A stretch of 64,000 bases of DNA from Candidatus Sulfomarinibacteraceae bacterium (GCA_963796455.1 CAWCLO010000004.1:1120001-1184000), one strand, 5' to 3'. Numbered from the stretch's first letter, positions 36,995 to 50,300 are shown. Numbers and translations: made by a program. Notes: generated by a model from the sequence alone, not told the origin.

Positions 36995-39900
36995 CCGTTC
37001 CGGTGGTCAAGGTTTCGAGTTTCCCGAGATAGGCGTAGCCCGAGATTTCCGACGCGTCGCTCGGCCCGGAACCGCCATAGTCAAAGGCCACCAGCGCGGC
37101 CGACGAGGGAGCGAAGTGGGTGAAGGCGTACACCACATCCGCGGCTGAATCCATGAACATCGCCTTGACCTGAACGTCGCCCTCGACGGTCCCCTTGGCG
37201 ACGAAGAGTCTACCGACGAGATCGGCGTTCTTGGTCTTCTTGGCGTCCGAAACAATCGGTTCGAGGATGACCACGTCCATGGACTGACGGATACCGGGCA
37301 GCAACGGGTCGGGATTTCCTTCGGCGGCGGCCTTTGCCAGAGCCTTGGCGGCGTCTTCCGGCAAGATGTCTTCTGCCGGCGATGTGATGTAGGCCTGGGC
37401 GGTCGCATCCCACGTGGCGGTCCGCATCAACATCGGGTGCGGTTTTCCCGCGACTTCGATCCGCATGCAGGCGTGGAAGGTGGCATCCGTGTCCGAAGGC
37501 GCGTCGCCCGGGATCACCAGCTGCAGCGTTCGGGCGGCCTCGACCGTCAGATCGAGGCGGGCCGCAGCCCGGGCCTCGGCAAAAGAGGGCCAGCTGCTTA
37601 GCGGCAGGACGTCGGCGTGCTTGAGCAGGCCGGCTCTGACCGTCGCGGTGTCGGGGAACGCGGCCCAGGGCGCGGTCACTCCGATTCCCTCGGTTGTGAC
37701 AAACGTGCCCCCGTCCACATTGAAGTAGGCCGCGAGGCCGTCAGGGGTCAGCCACGGCAATAGCGGGATGACGTAGAGGTCGTTTTCTTGATTATTCGAG
37801 TCGGAGAGATGCAGCAGCAGAGTGTCGCCGATTTCGAACAGGAAATCGTCTGCCGGGTCAATGAGATACCTGAAGGCACCGTTTCCGTCTGCCTGGAAGG
37901 AATCTCCTCCCTGACCGGGATATTCGATCCGCATCCAGATATTTGAAGGTACGGCGCCCTCTTCGCCCTCGATGACGACCGCGGTCGGGTTGGCAGAATC
38001 ACGCCCAGGCATGAAAATCCTGATCTTCGATTCGTCCACATCCTCATTCCCGATATACCGTTCAACACCAAAAACGAATCGGTTGTCCTCGATATCGAGG
38101 GCGTAACCCTGGAGGTCGTGGAGATTGACGTCCACGGTAACGACAACCTGCGCCGCCGACGGGAAGCTCGAGACCGGCGTCCAGGTGAGACGAGTTCGGG
38201 ATTCTGACAGGTCGAGGGTTCCTTCTTTGGGCGTATTGGTCTCGCCCGCCACGATCAGGACATCGATACCCCAGGGATTTTCCGGATCAATACCGAGCGG
38301 CTCGGAGAAATCCACCGTGATGGTGGTGGCGGTAGAGACACGATCCGCGCCGTTTGCCGGCGAGGTCGCGATGATTCGCGGCCGGACGACCTCGATCAGG
38401 ATATCGAGGCCCTCACTCACATCGCCGGCGGTCGCGGTCGCCGTCAGCTGACCCGAATTCCGGGAAACCAGCTGTTCTGCAGAAAGGTCGACCGTGCCAG
38501 CAGGTGCCGCCAGCGCGTAGATGCCGTTGTCGGCGAGTTGGACGAGGCCTCCGGTCGCGGTCACGAGACAGTTCGCGGTTGCGGGGTCGCCGTCGACATC
38601 GAATATGGCGCCGGTCAGGAGGCCCCAATCTTCGGTCGTCGATCTCGCCAGGACATACAACGAAGTCCGCGAAACGCCGGGGGCCGGGAAGCCGGCCAGC
38701 TGATCGGGGCCGCACACGATCCGGTCTCCCTCGAGCGCTCCAAGGCCCACCAGTCGCCAGGAAGAAACGCCATCCGCCTCAACCGGACTCAACAGCAGAT
38801 ACTGGCGATCGGGCTCCCCGGCTCCGGGGAAGCTGAGCGTTGCCGGTACCGAGAACGTCGAATCGCCAATTCCGAGATTTGCTGCGGACACCGCTTCGAG
38901 CCCAGCCGGCAACACCAGTGGCAGAGCGTCCAGAGATTGACCAGCCAACTCGATGCCGATGACCCGATCGAGTGCTCCCGGCGGCACGACGAGACCGATG
39001 CCGTCCGGGCTCGACAGCCCGGCACCGTCGGGACCGACCAGATCCTGGGTGCGGACCTCGTCGGGGAGGGTGCGGATGTTGATCGTTTTCACACCGGCAT
39101 CCAGAGCGATTCGGCGTGCGGTCTCGGAAGCACCAAGACCAAACGTGGCGGCCAGAGTGTCATCCGGTTGGCGGTAGAGGAAAAGATCGATCGCAACCGG
39201 TGGCGCCACCAGCACTCCCCCATCGACCACGTGCAGAACCTCATCAAGGCGGGCCTCTACCGGGTGGCCTGAAGGGGTGATCGTCTCCGGGTCGGCAACA
39301 ACCGTGGCCAAAGAGGTCTCCATCGGCAGGATGACCGGCGGGTCGAGCGTCAGGGTGGCGGTCATGGGGCTGGGTTCGAGGGGGTCAGCCGTCGGCAGAA
39401 CCGATCCGATGGCGACCACACCGGGGCTGGTCGGATCGGGGTCGGCTGCGAGCAGGACGAATATTCCGGCCTGGGCAACATCGAGAGTCCCACCGAGATT
39501 CTCAGAGATCCAGGCATGACTGCCTTCGTCGTATCGTGCGATCACGGCGTCGGGCGGCACCACAGCGGTGAACTCGAGGACCGCCGGTGGATCGAGGGCT
39601 ACATCCTCAGGCAGACCGACGTGTGCGGCGGCGAGGGGTCTCCAACCGAGGGGCAAAAGATCCGGCAGACCTTGTTCTGAAACCGGACTGAATTCGAGTT
39701 CGACGCCGCCTGTGGGCAGTGATGCGGATGAGATGGTGAGTCGGGCAGAATCAACCTCGACCTGCGTCGAGTCCTCAATCAACACCAGATCGGAGCGTTC
39801 GCTCAAGCGAACATCGAAAAGCAGCGTCGCAGTGTTCGGGATCGGTACCGAACGCCGCCATGTCGGCAGATATCCGTCGGCCTCGATCCGCACGACGACC

Positions 39901-42900
39901 GGCGACGAGACGACTGGCAACTGGAACCGGCCGCGTCCGTCGGCCGTCACCACAGGCGGGTCGCCAACGATCGGCGCACCATCCTGTTCAAGCACGATAC
40001 GAGCACCTGGCAGTTCGAGGCTGTTTTTATCCGAAAAGACCTCACCGGCAATAAAGGTCGTTGCCGACGGATCGGCAAAGAGCTGTGAGTACGGAGTCGC
40101 CGGGTTGCCTGCAAGATCGGTGATCTCTGAGCTCAACTCGAGAACCAGAGGCAGATCGCCCACCTGAGGCGGCGTCACGAGTTCGATCAACAGCTCAGCG
40201 CCGGACATACTTACCGTGAAGGTGAGCGGACCCAACTGGCCATCCACGACGACTGAAGTTCCCACCGCAACCGTGGCCTCGTCCAAAGCTTCGTTGAATC
40301 GAACACTGATGGTCGTATCACCATCCCAGTTCGAACTCACAACATGGGGAGGTGAGCAATCGAGCTCCACGACGACGTAGCTCGGGGTCGACTGATTGCC
40401 CGATGGGTCTTCGGCGGTCACTTCGATTTCGACCGCACCCTCCCCCACCGCTGCTTCGAGCCGAAGCGTGAAGGAACCGTCAGCTTCAACATCGACAGAG
40501 GCGGGATGCACGTCACCCGCGGCAATGACCCGAGAACCGGCCTCGGCCAGACCGGTGACTTCGAGCGTATCGAAACATGCGGGACTCACCACCGCATCGA
40601 CGATCGGCGGTTGCGGCGGCGTTGAGTCGAGGGTGGAGAATGTCGCCGTCCGGCCCGCCTCGAGGGGGTGGCCGGCACGATCGGTGGCGGCTGCGTCGAC
40701 TTCGAGCAGGTATTCGGTGTCGTCCGCAAGGCCCTCAACCGGCACCACATCGATTTCGGATCCGTCGCCGACGGCCGAAAGTGCGACTTCGAGGGTCGCG
40801 CCGCCGGCGATCAGGCGGATGCGACCGTTCAGAGAATCAAAATCCATCGCTTCGGAAAAACGAATCCGCGGTCTGGCGCTGACGGGGACTCCGGTTGCGC
40901 CGTCGGCCGGAATGGTGGCCACAACGCTCGGGGCAACTGTGTCGACCTCGACATCGATCGAACGGGTGCCGGTATTTCCGGCATCGTCCCACGCCCGCGC
41001 AAGGATCGTGTTGGGGCCTTCATTGAGTTCGAGATCGGCCAGGGTGAAGCTTCCCGACTCGCCGAGGACGGCATCCTGTCCGTTGACCGTCACCCGATCC
41101 GTGCCACCCACGTCACTGACCGTTCCGGTCACGGTCACGGAAGAGGTTGCCAAAACGTCGCCCGCAGCCGGCGAAGTGATTCGAAGCTCCGGTGCCGAAA
41201 GATCGATCCTGATTTCCCGATTGACCGAGGCCGCGTTGCCGACCTCGTCCCGTGCCTCGACCGCGACCGAACGGCTTCCTTCTCCGAGCTGAAGATCAGT
41301 GTTGAAACTGCCATCGGGCCCGACCGTCACGTTTTGCGAATTCACGGTCACCGTCAGCTGATGGGCATCGCTTGCCGAACCGGACACTGCCACCGCCGAC
41401 GAGCCAAGGATCGCCGATGCTCCGGGTTCCTCGACGACCAGAACAGGTGCAGTGGTGTCCCGCTCGACCGTGAGAACCAACTCGCTGGTGTTGCCGGCGC
41501 GATCAACCCCCGCCACCGTCAGAACATTGGCCCCTTCCTGAGACAGGGCAACCTGAGCCTGGAAGCTCGAACCAGCAAGGGATGCGCTGCGGCCCGCAAC
41601 CGTCACGCTCTCGAGGTGGGGGTCGTCTGCGGTTCCGGTCACCGTCACCGTGGTGTCGCCGACCAGATCACCATCGGCGGGTGCGGTCACCGACAGGGTC
41701 GGCCCGGCACTGTCGAGAGTCACCGTGATCGTCGCAGTGCTCTCGTTGCCGACATCGTCGGTCGCAGTGATCGAGATGATATTCGCGCCTTCAGAGAGCG
41801 CCAGACCGGCAAAGCTGAAGGTCCCGGCCGTGATGGTCGCAGGCTGACCGTCGACCGTGACAGCCACCGCGTCGTCGCAGGCGCCGGTCAGAAGAGGCGA
41901 CGGCACCGAAATGACCGACCCATCGACCAGGGAGAGACCGCTGATCGCCGGCGGGGTGACATCGATCCTGAAGCCGAGCTCGAGCGACGAGGTGTTGCCG
42001 GCCGCGTCTTCAGCGGCGACAACGAGAACATAGCTTCCCTCGTCGGCGATCGGTGTGCCCGAAGCAAACGGGGCCCCGTTGAGGGTGATGGTCAGGGTCA
42101 CGGCCGTATCGTCTGCGGCATCGATCACCGGGGCGACCGGCTGGTTCGAGACCAGGCCGTCGACCAGGGCGGATCCTCCGTTCGTCACCGAGATGACGGG
42201 CGGCGCGGAGTCGAGGACTACGTTTCGGACGATCGTCGTTTCTTGAAAAACGGAATCCGCCGCAACAACTGTGATCGTATTGGCGCCCTCGACCAGAATC
42301 ACCTGGGACGAGAAAGAACCGTCAGACCCAAAGGCGGCCGGTGTTCCGTTGACGGTCAGGCGATCGAGATTCGCGTCGATCGCCGTTCCGGTGACAGTCA
42401 GGTTTTCAAATCGCGTTACGGCGCCCTCGACCGGCGCGGTCAGGGTGAGCTCCGGGGCCAGGGTGTCACGGTAATACGAGAGATCGAACTCGGTCGTGTT
42501 TCCCGCACCGTCAATTGCTCGCAGCGGCAACAGGTTCAGACCTTCTTGTTCGAGGGGGATTCCCGAGACGCTCCAACCGATGTAATTGGTGCCCTGCTGG
42601 ACAAATGTCGCCAAAATACCGGCCACTGTGACCTCGACGGCATCGTCGTCGACCCTGCCCGCCACGATGATCGTCGTCGATTTGACGACGGTGCCCGGGA
42701 AAGGTGAGAGGTCGTCGATAAGCGGTGGATTGGTATCGATTGAAAAAGCGCGGTTCGCCGAACTCGTGTTGCCCGCCTGATCCACCGCATTGACCGCGAA
42801 TACGTGGGAACCCGAGGCGGCGAAGGGCGCACCAAGGAGATAACTCTCGCCGTCGATCGTGGCTGTGAGATCAACTTCTGTCGCATCAGCGGCGATCACC

Positions 42901-44369
42901 GTGATGACGGCCGGCCGGCCGAGCAGGAGATCGTCCGTCCACTCCGCCCCGGACTCGAAGACGGTGAGGATTGGTGGGGTGGTATCGAGAACCACCGAAA
43001 TCGTCGTCTGAGTGGTGTTCCCAAGCGCGTCGACGGCAACCGCAACAACCTGGTTCGTTCCCTCGACAAGAACTATCGAGGCCGTGAAACTGCCGCCACC
43101 AACCGTCGCGGGCACACCATTGACCGAGACGCTCGCGAGGTTCGGATCGACCACTGTCCCGGAGACCGAGAGCTGTGTCTGATCGGTCACGAATCCATCG
43201 ACTGGCGAGGTGATGGCGATTTCGGGCGAAAGACTGTCGACGATCAGAACATGATTCCGGTCGGTTGTTCGGCCCGCCCCGTCCTCGGCGTGGAGGATCA
43301 ACGTGTTGACACCCTCGATCAAGTTCAAACCTGCGGAAAAGCTCCGCCAGTCCCCTGATGGATCACCCAAAGAAGCCGGCACGCCTGAAACGGTCACCGA
43401 GACCGCGTCCGCCGACACCTGACCGGAAAGTGTCAGCACATTGATTCCAAGAACCGTATTGTTGGGAGGCTGGACATCGTAGAAATCCGGCGCCGAGAAA
43501 TCGATCGAAAAGGTCGACGTAGCAGAAGCCGTCTCGGTCCCCGTCGTGGCCGTCACTTCGATCGTGTGAAAACCCTCGGAACCGAATGAACTGCCAAGGG
43601 CATAGGCCGCGCCATCAATCGCGGCCGACAGTTGCGGCGAACCCGAGCCGCCCTCGACCGCGGCCGTGAGCACCACCGCACGATCAAAAAGCTGCCCGTC
43701 TTCGAGCGGCGTGCCGCTCTCGAGGATCGTGATCGAAAGCGGTTCGTCGACCGCAGCAAAGAGCCGATAGATCACCGTGCCCTGCCGGTGGCGGCCGACG
43801 ACAGCGCTTCCCCAGACCTGTCCGTCCCGCTCCTTGATATAGCCGGCGATGGCCTCACCACCCGAATCGACCGCTGCAAAAAGGGTGGTGACACGCGAAG
43901 ACCGCCGCGTCCGCAACCGCACGATCGCCGCCCGCACATCGGTCATGTCCACCGCGCCCAGCCGATTGTCGACCGAGTGCCAGTCGAGCCGCCGTTCCAC
44001 ATACCACGGCCGGTCCGCCCGGCCATCACAATTTCGATCAACCGGCGGCAGTCCGAGGCTGGCGTGCGAGGCCGGGTCGACCGGAGCGTAACCCGCATAA
44101 CGATTCATATACGGATCGCAGCCGCCGCTCTTGATCAACGACCGGCTCCGCTCCTTGGCCCGGATATTGACTTCGGCCGGCGGTTCCTCAAAAGAAAGCT
44201 CCAGGCGTTCGCCATCGGGAAGTGTGACCACCATCCCGTCATCGGTGGAAGTGATCTTCGGCAGATCTGCCTCGGACGCCGACTGGGACGCTGGGGTCTG
44301 TGCGCCTGCAGGCAGCGGAATGGCGAGCGCTACAACGGCAATGGCTATAAAACGACGAAGTCGAGTCAT
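36846..44369 (-). CDS. Rhs protein N-terminal part: Sec signal, about 12 Ig-like repeats, Big_5-like and ZU5-like domains
   Basis: Signal peptide (PAGA-Q), repeated P.L.IT.P..G...VTGT..D....VTVNG...L.EG.N...A.D.AGN units, and GLVVPPGAL. ATGA overlap with the 4578-aa gene. Confidence 0.85.
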   Translation of the reverse strand: MTRLRRFIAIAVVALAIPLPAGAQTPASQSASEADLPKITSTDDGMVVTLPDGERLELSFEEPPAEVNIRAKERSRSLIKSGGCDPYMNRYAGYAPVDPASHASLGLPPVDRNCDGRADRPWYVERRLDWHSVDNRLGAVDMTDVRAAIVRLRTRRSSRVTTLFAAVDSGGEAIAGYIKERDGQVWGSAVVGRHRQGTVIYRLFAAVDEPLSITILESGTPLEDGQLFDRAVVLTAAVEGGSGSPQLSAAIDGAAYALGSSFGSEGFHTIEVTATTGTETASATSTFSIDFSAPDFYDVQPPNNTVLGINVLTLSGQVSADAVSVTVSGVPASLGDPSGDWRSFSAGLNLIEGVNTLILHAEDGAGRTTDRNHVLIVDSLSPEIAITSPVDGFVTDQTQLSVSGTVVDPNLASVSVNGVPATVGGGSFTASIVLVEGTNQVVAVAVDALGNTTQTTISVVLDTTPPILTVFESGAEWTDDLLLGRPAVITVIAADATEVDLTATIDGESYLLGAPFAASGSHVFAVNAVDQAGNTSSANRAFSIDTNPPLIDDLSPFPGTVVKSTTIIVAGRVDDDAVEVTVAGILATFVQQGTNYIGWSVSGIPLEQEGLNLLPLRAIDGAGNTTEFDLSYYRDTLAPELTLTAPVEGAVTRFENLTVTGTAIDANLDRLTVNGTPAAFGSDGSFSSQVILVEGANTITVVAADSVFQETTIVRNVVLDSAPPVISVTNGGSALVDGLVSNQPVAPVIDAADDTAVTLTITLNGAPFASGTPIADEGSYVLVVAAEDAAGNTSSLELGFRIDVTPPAISGLSLVDGSVISVPSPLLTGACDDAVAVTVDGQPATITAGTFSFAGLALSEGANIISITATDDVGNESTATITVTLDSAGPTLSVTAPADGDLVGDTTVTVTGTADDPHLESVTVAGRSASLAGSSFQAQVALSQEGANVLTVAGVDRAGNTSELVLTVERDTTAPVLVVEEPGASAILGSSAVAVSGSASDAHQLTVTVNSQNVTVGPDGSFNTDLQLGEGSRSVAVEARDEVGNAASVNREIRIDLSAPELRITSPAAGDVLATSSVTVTGTVSDVGGTDRVTVNGQDAVLGESGSFTLADLELNEGPNTILARAWDDAGNTGTRSIDVEVDTVAPSVVATIPADGATGVPVSARPRIRFSEAMDFDSLNGRIRLIAGGATLEVALSAVGDGSEIDVVPVEGLADDTEYLLEVDAAATDRAGHPLEAGRTATFSTLDSTPPQPPIVDAVVSPACFDTLEVTGLAEAGSRVIAAGDVHPASVDVEADGSFTLRLEAAVGEGAVEIEVTAEDPSGNQSTPSYVVVELDCSPPHVVSSNWDGDTTISVRFNEALDEATVAVGTSVVVDGQLGPLTFTVSMSGAELLIELVTPPQVGDLPLVLELSSEITDLAGNPATPYSQLFADPSATTFIAGEVFSDKNSLELPGARIVLEQDGAPIVGDPPVVTADGRGRFQLPVVSSPVVVRIEADGYLPTWRRSVPIPNTATLLFDVRLSERSDLVLIEDSTQVEVDSARLTISSASLPTGGVELEFSPVSEQGLPDLLPLGWRPLAAAHVGLPEDVALDPPAVLEFTAVVPPDAVIARYDEGSHAWISENLGGTLDVAQAGIFVLLAADPDPTSPGVVAIGSVLPTADPLEPSPMTATLTLDPPVILPMETSLATVVADPETITPSGHPVEARLDEVLHVVDGGVLVAPPVAIDLFLYRQPDDTLAATFGLGASETARRIALDAGVKTINIRTLPDEVRTQDLVGPDGAGLSSPDGIGLVVPPGALDRVIGIELAGQSLDALPLVLPAGLEAVSAANLGIGDSTFSVPATLSFPGAGEPDRQYLLLSPVEADGVSSWRLVGLGALEGDRIVCGPDQLAGFPAPGVSRTSLYVLARSTTEDWGLLTGAIFDVDGDPATANCLVTATGGLVQLADNGIYALAAPAGTVDLSAEQLVSRNSGQLTATATAGDVSEGLDILIEVVRPRIIATSPANGADRVSTATTITVDFSEPLGIDPENPWGIDVLIVAGETNTPKEGTLDLSESRTRLTWTPVSSFPSAAQVVVTVDVNLHDLQGYALDIEDNRFVFGVERYIGNEDVDESKIRIFMPGRDSANPTAVVIEGEEGAVPSNIWMRIEYPGQGGDSFQADGNGAFRYLIDPADDFLFEIGDTLLLHLSDSNNQENDLYVIPLLPWLTPDGLAAYFNVDGGTFVTTEGIGVTAPWAAFPDTATVRAGLLKHADVLPLSSWPSFAEARAAARLDLTVEAARTLQLVIPGDAPSDTDATFHACMRIEVAGKPHPMLMRTATWDATAQAYITSPAEDILPEDAAKALAKAAAEGNPDPLLPGIRQSMDVVILEPIVSDAKKTKNADLVGRLFVAKGTVEGDVQVKAMFMDSAADVVYAFTHFAPSSAALVAFDYGGSGPSDASEISGYAYLGKLETLTTGTGATVPIRPDDDFVLARDRSRHRLHILRARLSGAGIRWLDRHPSRRCPGL

Positions 44370-47300
44370 GGCGCGCCTCCATCGTCATCGAGAATTCGGA
44401 CGTAGCCGACTGATGGCACCCCAGGTTCTGCGCCTTCAAACCCGCCCGGCCTCAAAATGAAAAATTCGTCATTCTCCCGGTAGGAGTCGTCAAAAATAAG
44501 GAATTCGATGTCGGCGTGGGTGGCGCCACTCTCAAAGACTGTATTCTGTTCGGGCCATTCACCCTCCGGCACGCCATAGTCGAGGGTATATCGGGTTGAC
44601 CGGTCGAACACAGCCCACCCTGCCATCACGTCCTCTTCGCTGAACCTGGAAAGATCAAGACCCACAGTGACAACAGCGCCATCTTCAGGTACATCGATCA
44701 ATGTGCTGGACAAACTAACTCTGGGTGGTGGCGCGCCCTCGCGAATGGTCATGCCAAATCCGGTTACAGCAAGGCGGGCTCCGGAAGGATTGAATAGTTC
44801 GATCGAAAAGTCTTCGAACTCATCTCCCAGCCCGTCGTTCACCAGGGGAACATGAACGATCTTTAGATACTCGCCCGGCTCGAAAATCAGACGCCCTTCT
44901 GTTCGGATGAAATCTTCCCCTTCGAGAGCACTCCCGCTGAATGTCTTGAATCGGACTGTGACCTCGGTTTTTGCCGGTTCGGAGAGCAACACCTGCGCCT
45001 GCGCCGCGCCTTCGGTCTCCCACCATTGATATGGACCACCTTCGAAGCCTACCGTAAGCCCGGCGGACTGATCGGCACCTATATCCCATGAGCCGACTCT
45101 TTGGCGACGATCCATATCGGCCGCAAACGGATGATCCAGATACTCTGACAAATCTACGCCCTGGCCACAGGCCGTGTTCAGCCCCTCGAGCCACCAGTCG
45201 ACCAAATGGACATACTGTTGAGATTGCTCCTGCCCGGTGGTTCTCCAGACGGTCAGGCGGATCACTTTGAATTCAACAGGAGCCTCGAAATCAACTCCAG
45301 TGGCCATGCGCTCGGTATTGTCAGCGTCTCTTCGGTCGACAAGTTCGATATATGAACCGGATGGAGGATCGAGATCCTCGAGCCTCATGGCAGCTTCAAC
45401 CATCCAGTCATGAGAATCCGCGTTGCTCAACCGGATTCCCGTCCCAGCAATCATCCTTGGTTGGCTGAACTCGACCGTGATGACTGCGGGATTGATCGCC
45501 TCAGTCACGGCGAGGGTGTCCGCATTGTTATCGAATACCATGGCGACGTCATACGGATTAAAATTGTGAACCATCATCGCTTCGCCGGCCTGGACCAGAT
45601 CCCAGGCAGTGCACGCGAGGTGATAGTCCGCATCAACCGTTGGTGTGCCGTTCAAAAAAGCCACCGGACCGAAATCCCCCGCCGGTGGATTGGGTGCGGA
45701 ACCGTCGGTAGCGATGTTGTTTGCCGATCCGGCGACAAATTCACCAACAAAGCACGGCCCGCATCCGACCGCCAGGTTGTTGATGGCGGTGATGCTTCCA
45801 TCACGGGAATTGAACCCGTAGCCGGCACCTACGACGGTGTTGTTGAGGGCGAAGAAGTTCAAATCCACACCCGTGACGTCAACTGCGAAAACTTGCGAGT
45901 TTGAAACGCCATCGGTCACATGGATCACGGAATTGCGTAAGACGAGGTCGGCAACGGCAGCGGTACTGACGACAACACCGTTTCTCATTCCATAACTCGT
46001 CTCTCCTCCTTCGATCTGTATGAGCAGACCGTTGAGATCGACGGTTCCGTCCAGCGAGTCCAGAAAGATCCCGGTGGCAGACGTCTGCGAATCCCCCTGC
46101 ACACGGAACTGAAGCCCTTCAATGGTGACGTTGCCGACCGAGCACCAAATGGCGCGATAGCCGAAGACTGAGAGACGATACGCCGAATCCGACCACCGCC
46201 CTTCGTGCCGCTGGCTGACGCCGCGAATCTCGCCCGAATCCGGGGCTGCGATTCGGATGTCGTGAGTCGGTGATGTCACCCAGTTCTCGATTCGAACCGG
46301 GGTCACGTCTGGCGCTCCCCCATAGCAGAGAATTTCAAGGGATCTGCCAACGGACACCAGATCGTAGGTTCCGAGATGTTCGTTGTCAGCCGAAACCCAC
46401 ATCGCAGCTTCAAGAGACCCGAACGCAGGGGCAATTGCCGTCGCGGTGACACCGGCTATATCGGCAGGCGGTCGACCCAAAGCGTCGTGGACGCGACACC
46501 TGGTATCGGATTCGCAATCACCGATAAAGAGCGCCTCGAGACCGTCGATGAAAACTTGATCGCCCACGTCCGGTCCGTCGGGTAGCGGCGTCTCAAACAC
46601 CGCTTGACCGTGAACGATGCTCAAATCGATCGGTTCTACCAAGAAATTGTAGGGATCGACCCCAACCGAATACGTGACTCGAACCGGCGGCGCATCCACA
46701 TCAGTGATTACGACCTCTGCTTCGATCGGTTCGCGGACCTCGATCCCGGGAGCCGAAAGAAGTTCGACCCTGAACGATTGCGAACCTTCGGTGACATCGT
46801 CGTCTACCAACCGGATGACGATGTCCCCCCGTTGCCGTCCGGGTTCGAAAAGTAACGTTCCTTCCGTGGCCTCGAAATCGGCGCCACCCTCAGCCGTACC
46901 ATCAATCGTCCGATACTGGACTTCCACCGCTTCGGTCGGGATCTCGGACAGCTCGATCGTCATCCGGACACCGCCTGCCGATTCGGCGATTTCGTAGATG
47001 GCTGAGTCAAACGACGCGAATATCGACCCGGGTTCGGGTAGCGCGCCGAGGTTGACCGTGGTGGTCATGCCTACCGAGTCGAACGCGCGGAGGATCACGA
47101 GATCGCCCTGCAGCCCACCCGGCAGCAGAATATCGGTGGCGTTGCCCGAGAGGATCGTCGCGGCGGTTTCGCCCACTTCAACCCAACCACCCGGCAGAGC
47201 TCTCCAGAGCGAAACAAAGAGGTCGACCGGGCCATCCGGATCGATCACTCCGCCCGCAGGAATCCGGAGACGGTAGTCGCCGTCGAGGTAGATCAGATTC

Positions 47301-50300
47301 TCCTCGGAAAGGGTTATCGACGGCGATCCGTCAGCCTGCGGCAGGGCCCAGATGATCTGTTCCGATTCGGTCGACTGCGGATGTTGGTCGCCGACAACCA
47401 GCCAGATTTCGTCCCCGACCGCACCCTGAATCGAAGCCCCTTCAAAACCGTAGATGAAGGTCCCGCAATCCCAGGTACACGACGCCTCTTCAAGGACCAG
47501 ATCCACGTCCTCGAAAATTGCAGTCGTTCTGTTTTCGAGGCGGGCGAAAGAGACTCCGTCGAAGCTTTCCAACGGGAAACCACAGGGATCTTCCGAAGAG
47601 CAGCTCCCGATGCTGCCAACCACGTACTCCGTCCCGTTGGCCGTCAATGACAGATACTCGTCGCGGACCATCGGCGGTTCGAAGTTTTGCGGAAGTGGTT
47701 CGGGAATCGGCACTCTGGACTCGTTGCCAAACTCGTCTCGAGCAACAATCTCGAGGACTGCACCCGTGCGATCAGAAACCGGGCTGAGATCGATTCCGCC
47801 GTCGGTCCGCAGCTGGAGTGGATAGACATTCTCCGGCTGCTCGGGATCGATCGCGAAGACCACGTCGATTTCGGAATCATCAAAGATAACCGGTTCCTCG
47901 CTGACGAGCCAATATCCAAAGTCAAAGGCCAGCACACCGATTCCAGCAGCATCGATGCCAGGAGGCAAGAAATCGGGCATGCCTCCGAGATCGAGAACCG
48001 AGGTCTTCGGCTCGGGGTGTTGGTCGGTCGCTTCCAGAAGCAGCGTCTCTCCCGGTTCGGCGTCGAAACCAATCGAGAAATTGCCGACCGATGAGATCTC
48101 CTGGCTCCACGAGATCCCGGCCGTCACATTTCTGACCGTGACATCCACTCTCCAGTTTTCGTCGGTGATCGCACCGGGAAGTCCGTCCACCCGATAGCGG
48201 TACTCGAGTCCTTGCCCATCTTGATTGACGATACTCACCAAGGAAGGATCGATGGTCGGAGCGTCGTCGTTCGCAGGTAATGTGCCGACCAAAGCTTCAC
48301 CCACAAACGGATCGTAGTGGCTGTCTGTCGCCTCCAGCCGGATTTCGTCACCCGAAGCCCCACTGATGTCTCGCCTGAAAAAGGAACCGTTGGGTTCAAG
48401 ATAATAGGTAACGTCCGTGCCCGCAGTGTCATTTACCACGGTGACCCTGTTGACCCCATCGGGATCGGTAACGGCTCCCGCGAACCCTTCGATCCAGAAC
48501 TTTCTGGCGAAGGCACTCAGAACGATCGTTTCGGGGTTGATCGAGGGTGCCTCGTCATTTGGTTCCTCGAGGATGGAGCGATATTCCACATCCACCGATC
48601 CGAAATCGTCGTGGTCATAAAAACGCACTCTTGCTTCGCCGCGAACGGTCACCGAGTCGAATCGATAGACACCCCGCCAGAGATCACCCGCGATGATTTC
48701 CGGATCTCCATCCAGAGTCAGCGTAAACCCGTCCACCGAAGCGACGCGCCATTTGCCCTTCGATTCGTTTTCGTCGCTGTCCAGGACCTCGACCCAATGG
48801 CCGACGAAGTACTGTGGAACGACCTGGTCGCGATCGGTCACGAGAGTCTGTCCGCCGCTACCGGCGAGCACCGATCCGCTGCCCAGGGTCGGAGGCAAGG
48901 TGTATCGCCCGCGATATCCCGCGTTGTCGACCACGAGATCGCCGAAGATCGAATCCGGTCCTTGGAGGTAGACGGTACCGGCTCCTCCCGCTCTCCAGTA
49001 GTACCCACCATCCGCTCTGATAGCGCCTACGATTTCGTCATCGATTTCGCCGTACTCCAGAGCGACCGCTCCTCCACCTGCGCTCGTCCGGTCGCGATTG
49101 TTCGCGTTGCCGCCGCGTGCCTCGATGACACCTTCGCCGGTGATGGTTCCGGCGGTGATCCAGATCGATCCGCCGGCGGCGCCGTGTTGGTACGTCTCGG
49201 TCGCCGTTGACCCGTTCGCCGAAATCGCTGCGCGGTCGGCAATTCTCACCGAATCGGCCAGGATCCGGACCACGCCTCCCCCGGGCAATCCTGAATCGGG
49301 ATTGCGGCTCCCACCACCGAATTCCTGTGGGCGATACACACTTCCATAGGTTGAGCCCGGGGTGCCGTACGAAGAACCCTCGCCGAGATGGGAGCCGGCA
49401 CTTCGGGCATCATCAGCGAGCGTCGCGGAAGGATGAGTTTCGCCGCCCGAATATCCGAGACCGGTCACATCGATTGCTCCACCGCATCGAATGTCCAGGA
49501 CGCCCAAATCAGTGAGAATCAGACTCTCCGCTTGCCGGGAGATAAGGGTCGCACCCTGCAAAAGGGTCAGATTTTGCGGCCGGAGGGCGGTGGCAGCCGT
49601 ATGGGTTCCCGGGCCCAAGATCAGATCCTCGCCGAGATGGTCGACAAGCAGCTCCCGTTCACCGGTGAGCACGGTCCCATACGGCACCGTGAGAATTGCG
49701 GAGGCCGAGCCCTCGTTGCCGTTCCAATCACGTGCGACGATACGAATGACGAAATCATCGCCTGCCGTCGCGTCCGCGGGCGGAGTCCAAAGGAACTCGC
49801 CCATCCAGGAGGTTTCACCGAGAGGCACTTCCTCGAGAACCGGTTCGCCATCGACAAGGATGGAGTAGTACTGGACCTCATCATCGTCATCGATCGCAAA
49901 GGTGAAGACCACCTCACTATCCGGCAGGCAATAGTCGCCGGATCTCGGACAGAGGAACGACACCACCGGGTCATCGGGCCCCTGCGCGGGAATGACCGAT
50001 AGTGTTCCTTCCAGGGTGCCCGTGTTGCCCGCCGGATCGACGGCCGACAGGGTCCAAGGAACCGTGCGAGCTTCGTCGGTTTCGCTCACAGTCCAGATCG
50101 CGGCGGCCGCCGCGGTCCACCCCGGTCCAGGAAGCACAGGGTCGGCGATTTCGACCGCGACCGTCTGACCGTCGATTTCCAGTGAAGCCGATTCAACGGC
50201 GACCTCGTCCTCGAGCTCGAACTGGAACTCGATCTGCTGGCCGCTCCGATAGTTCAAATCAAAATCAGGAGCAGTGACCGAAAGGGTTGGTGACGCGGTA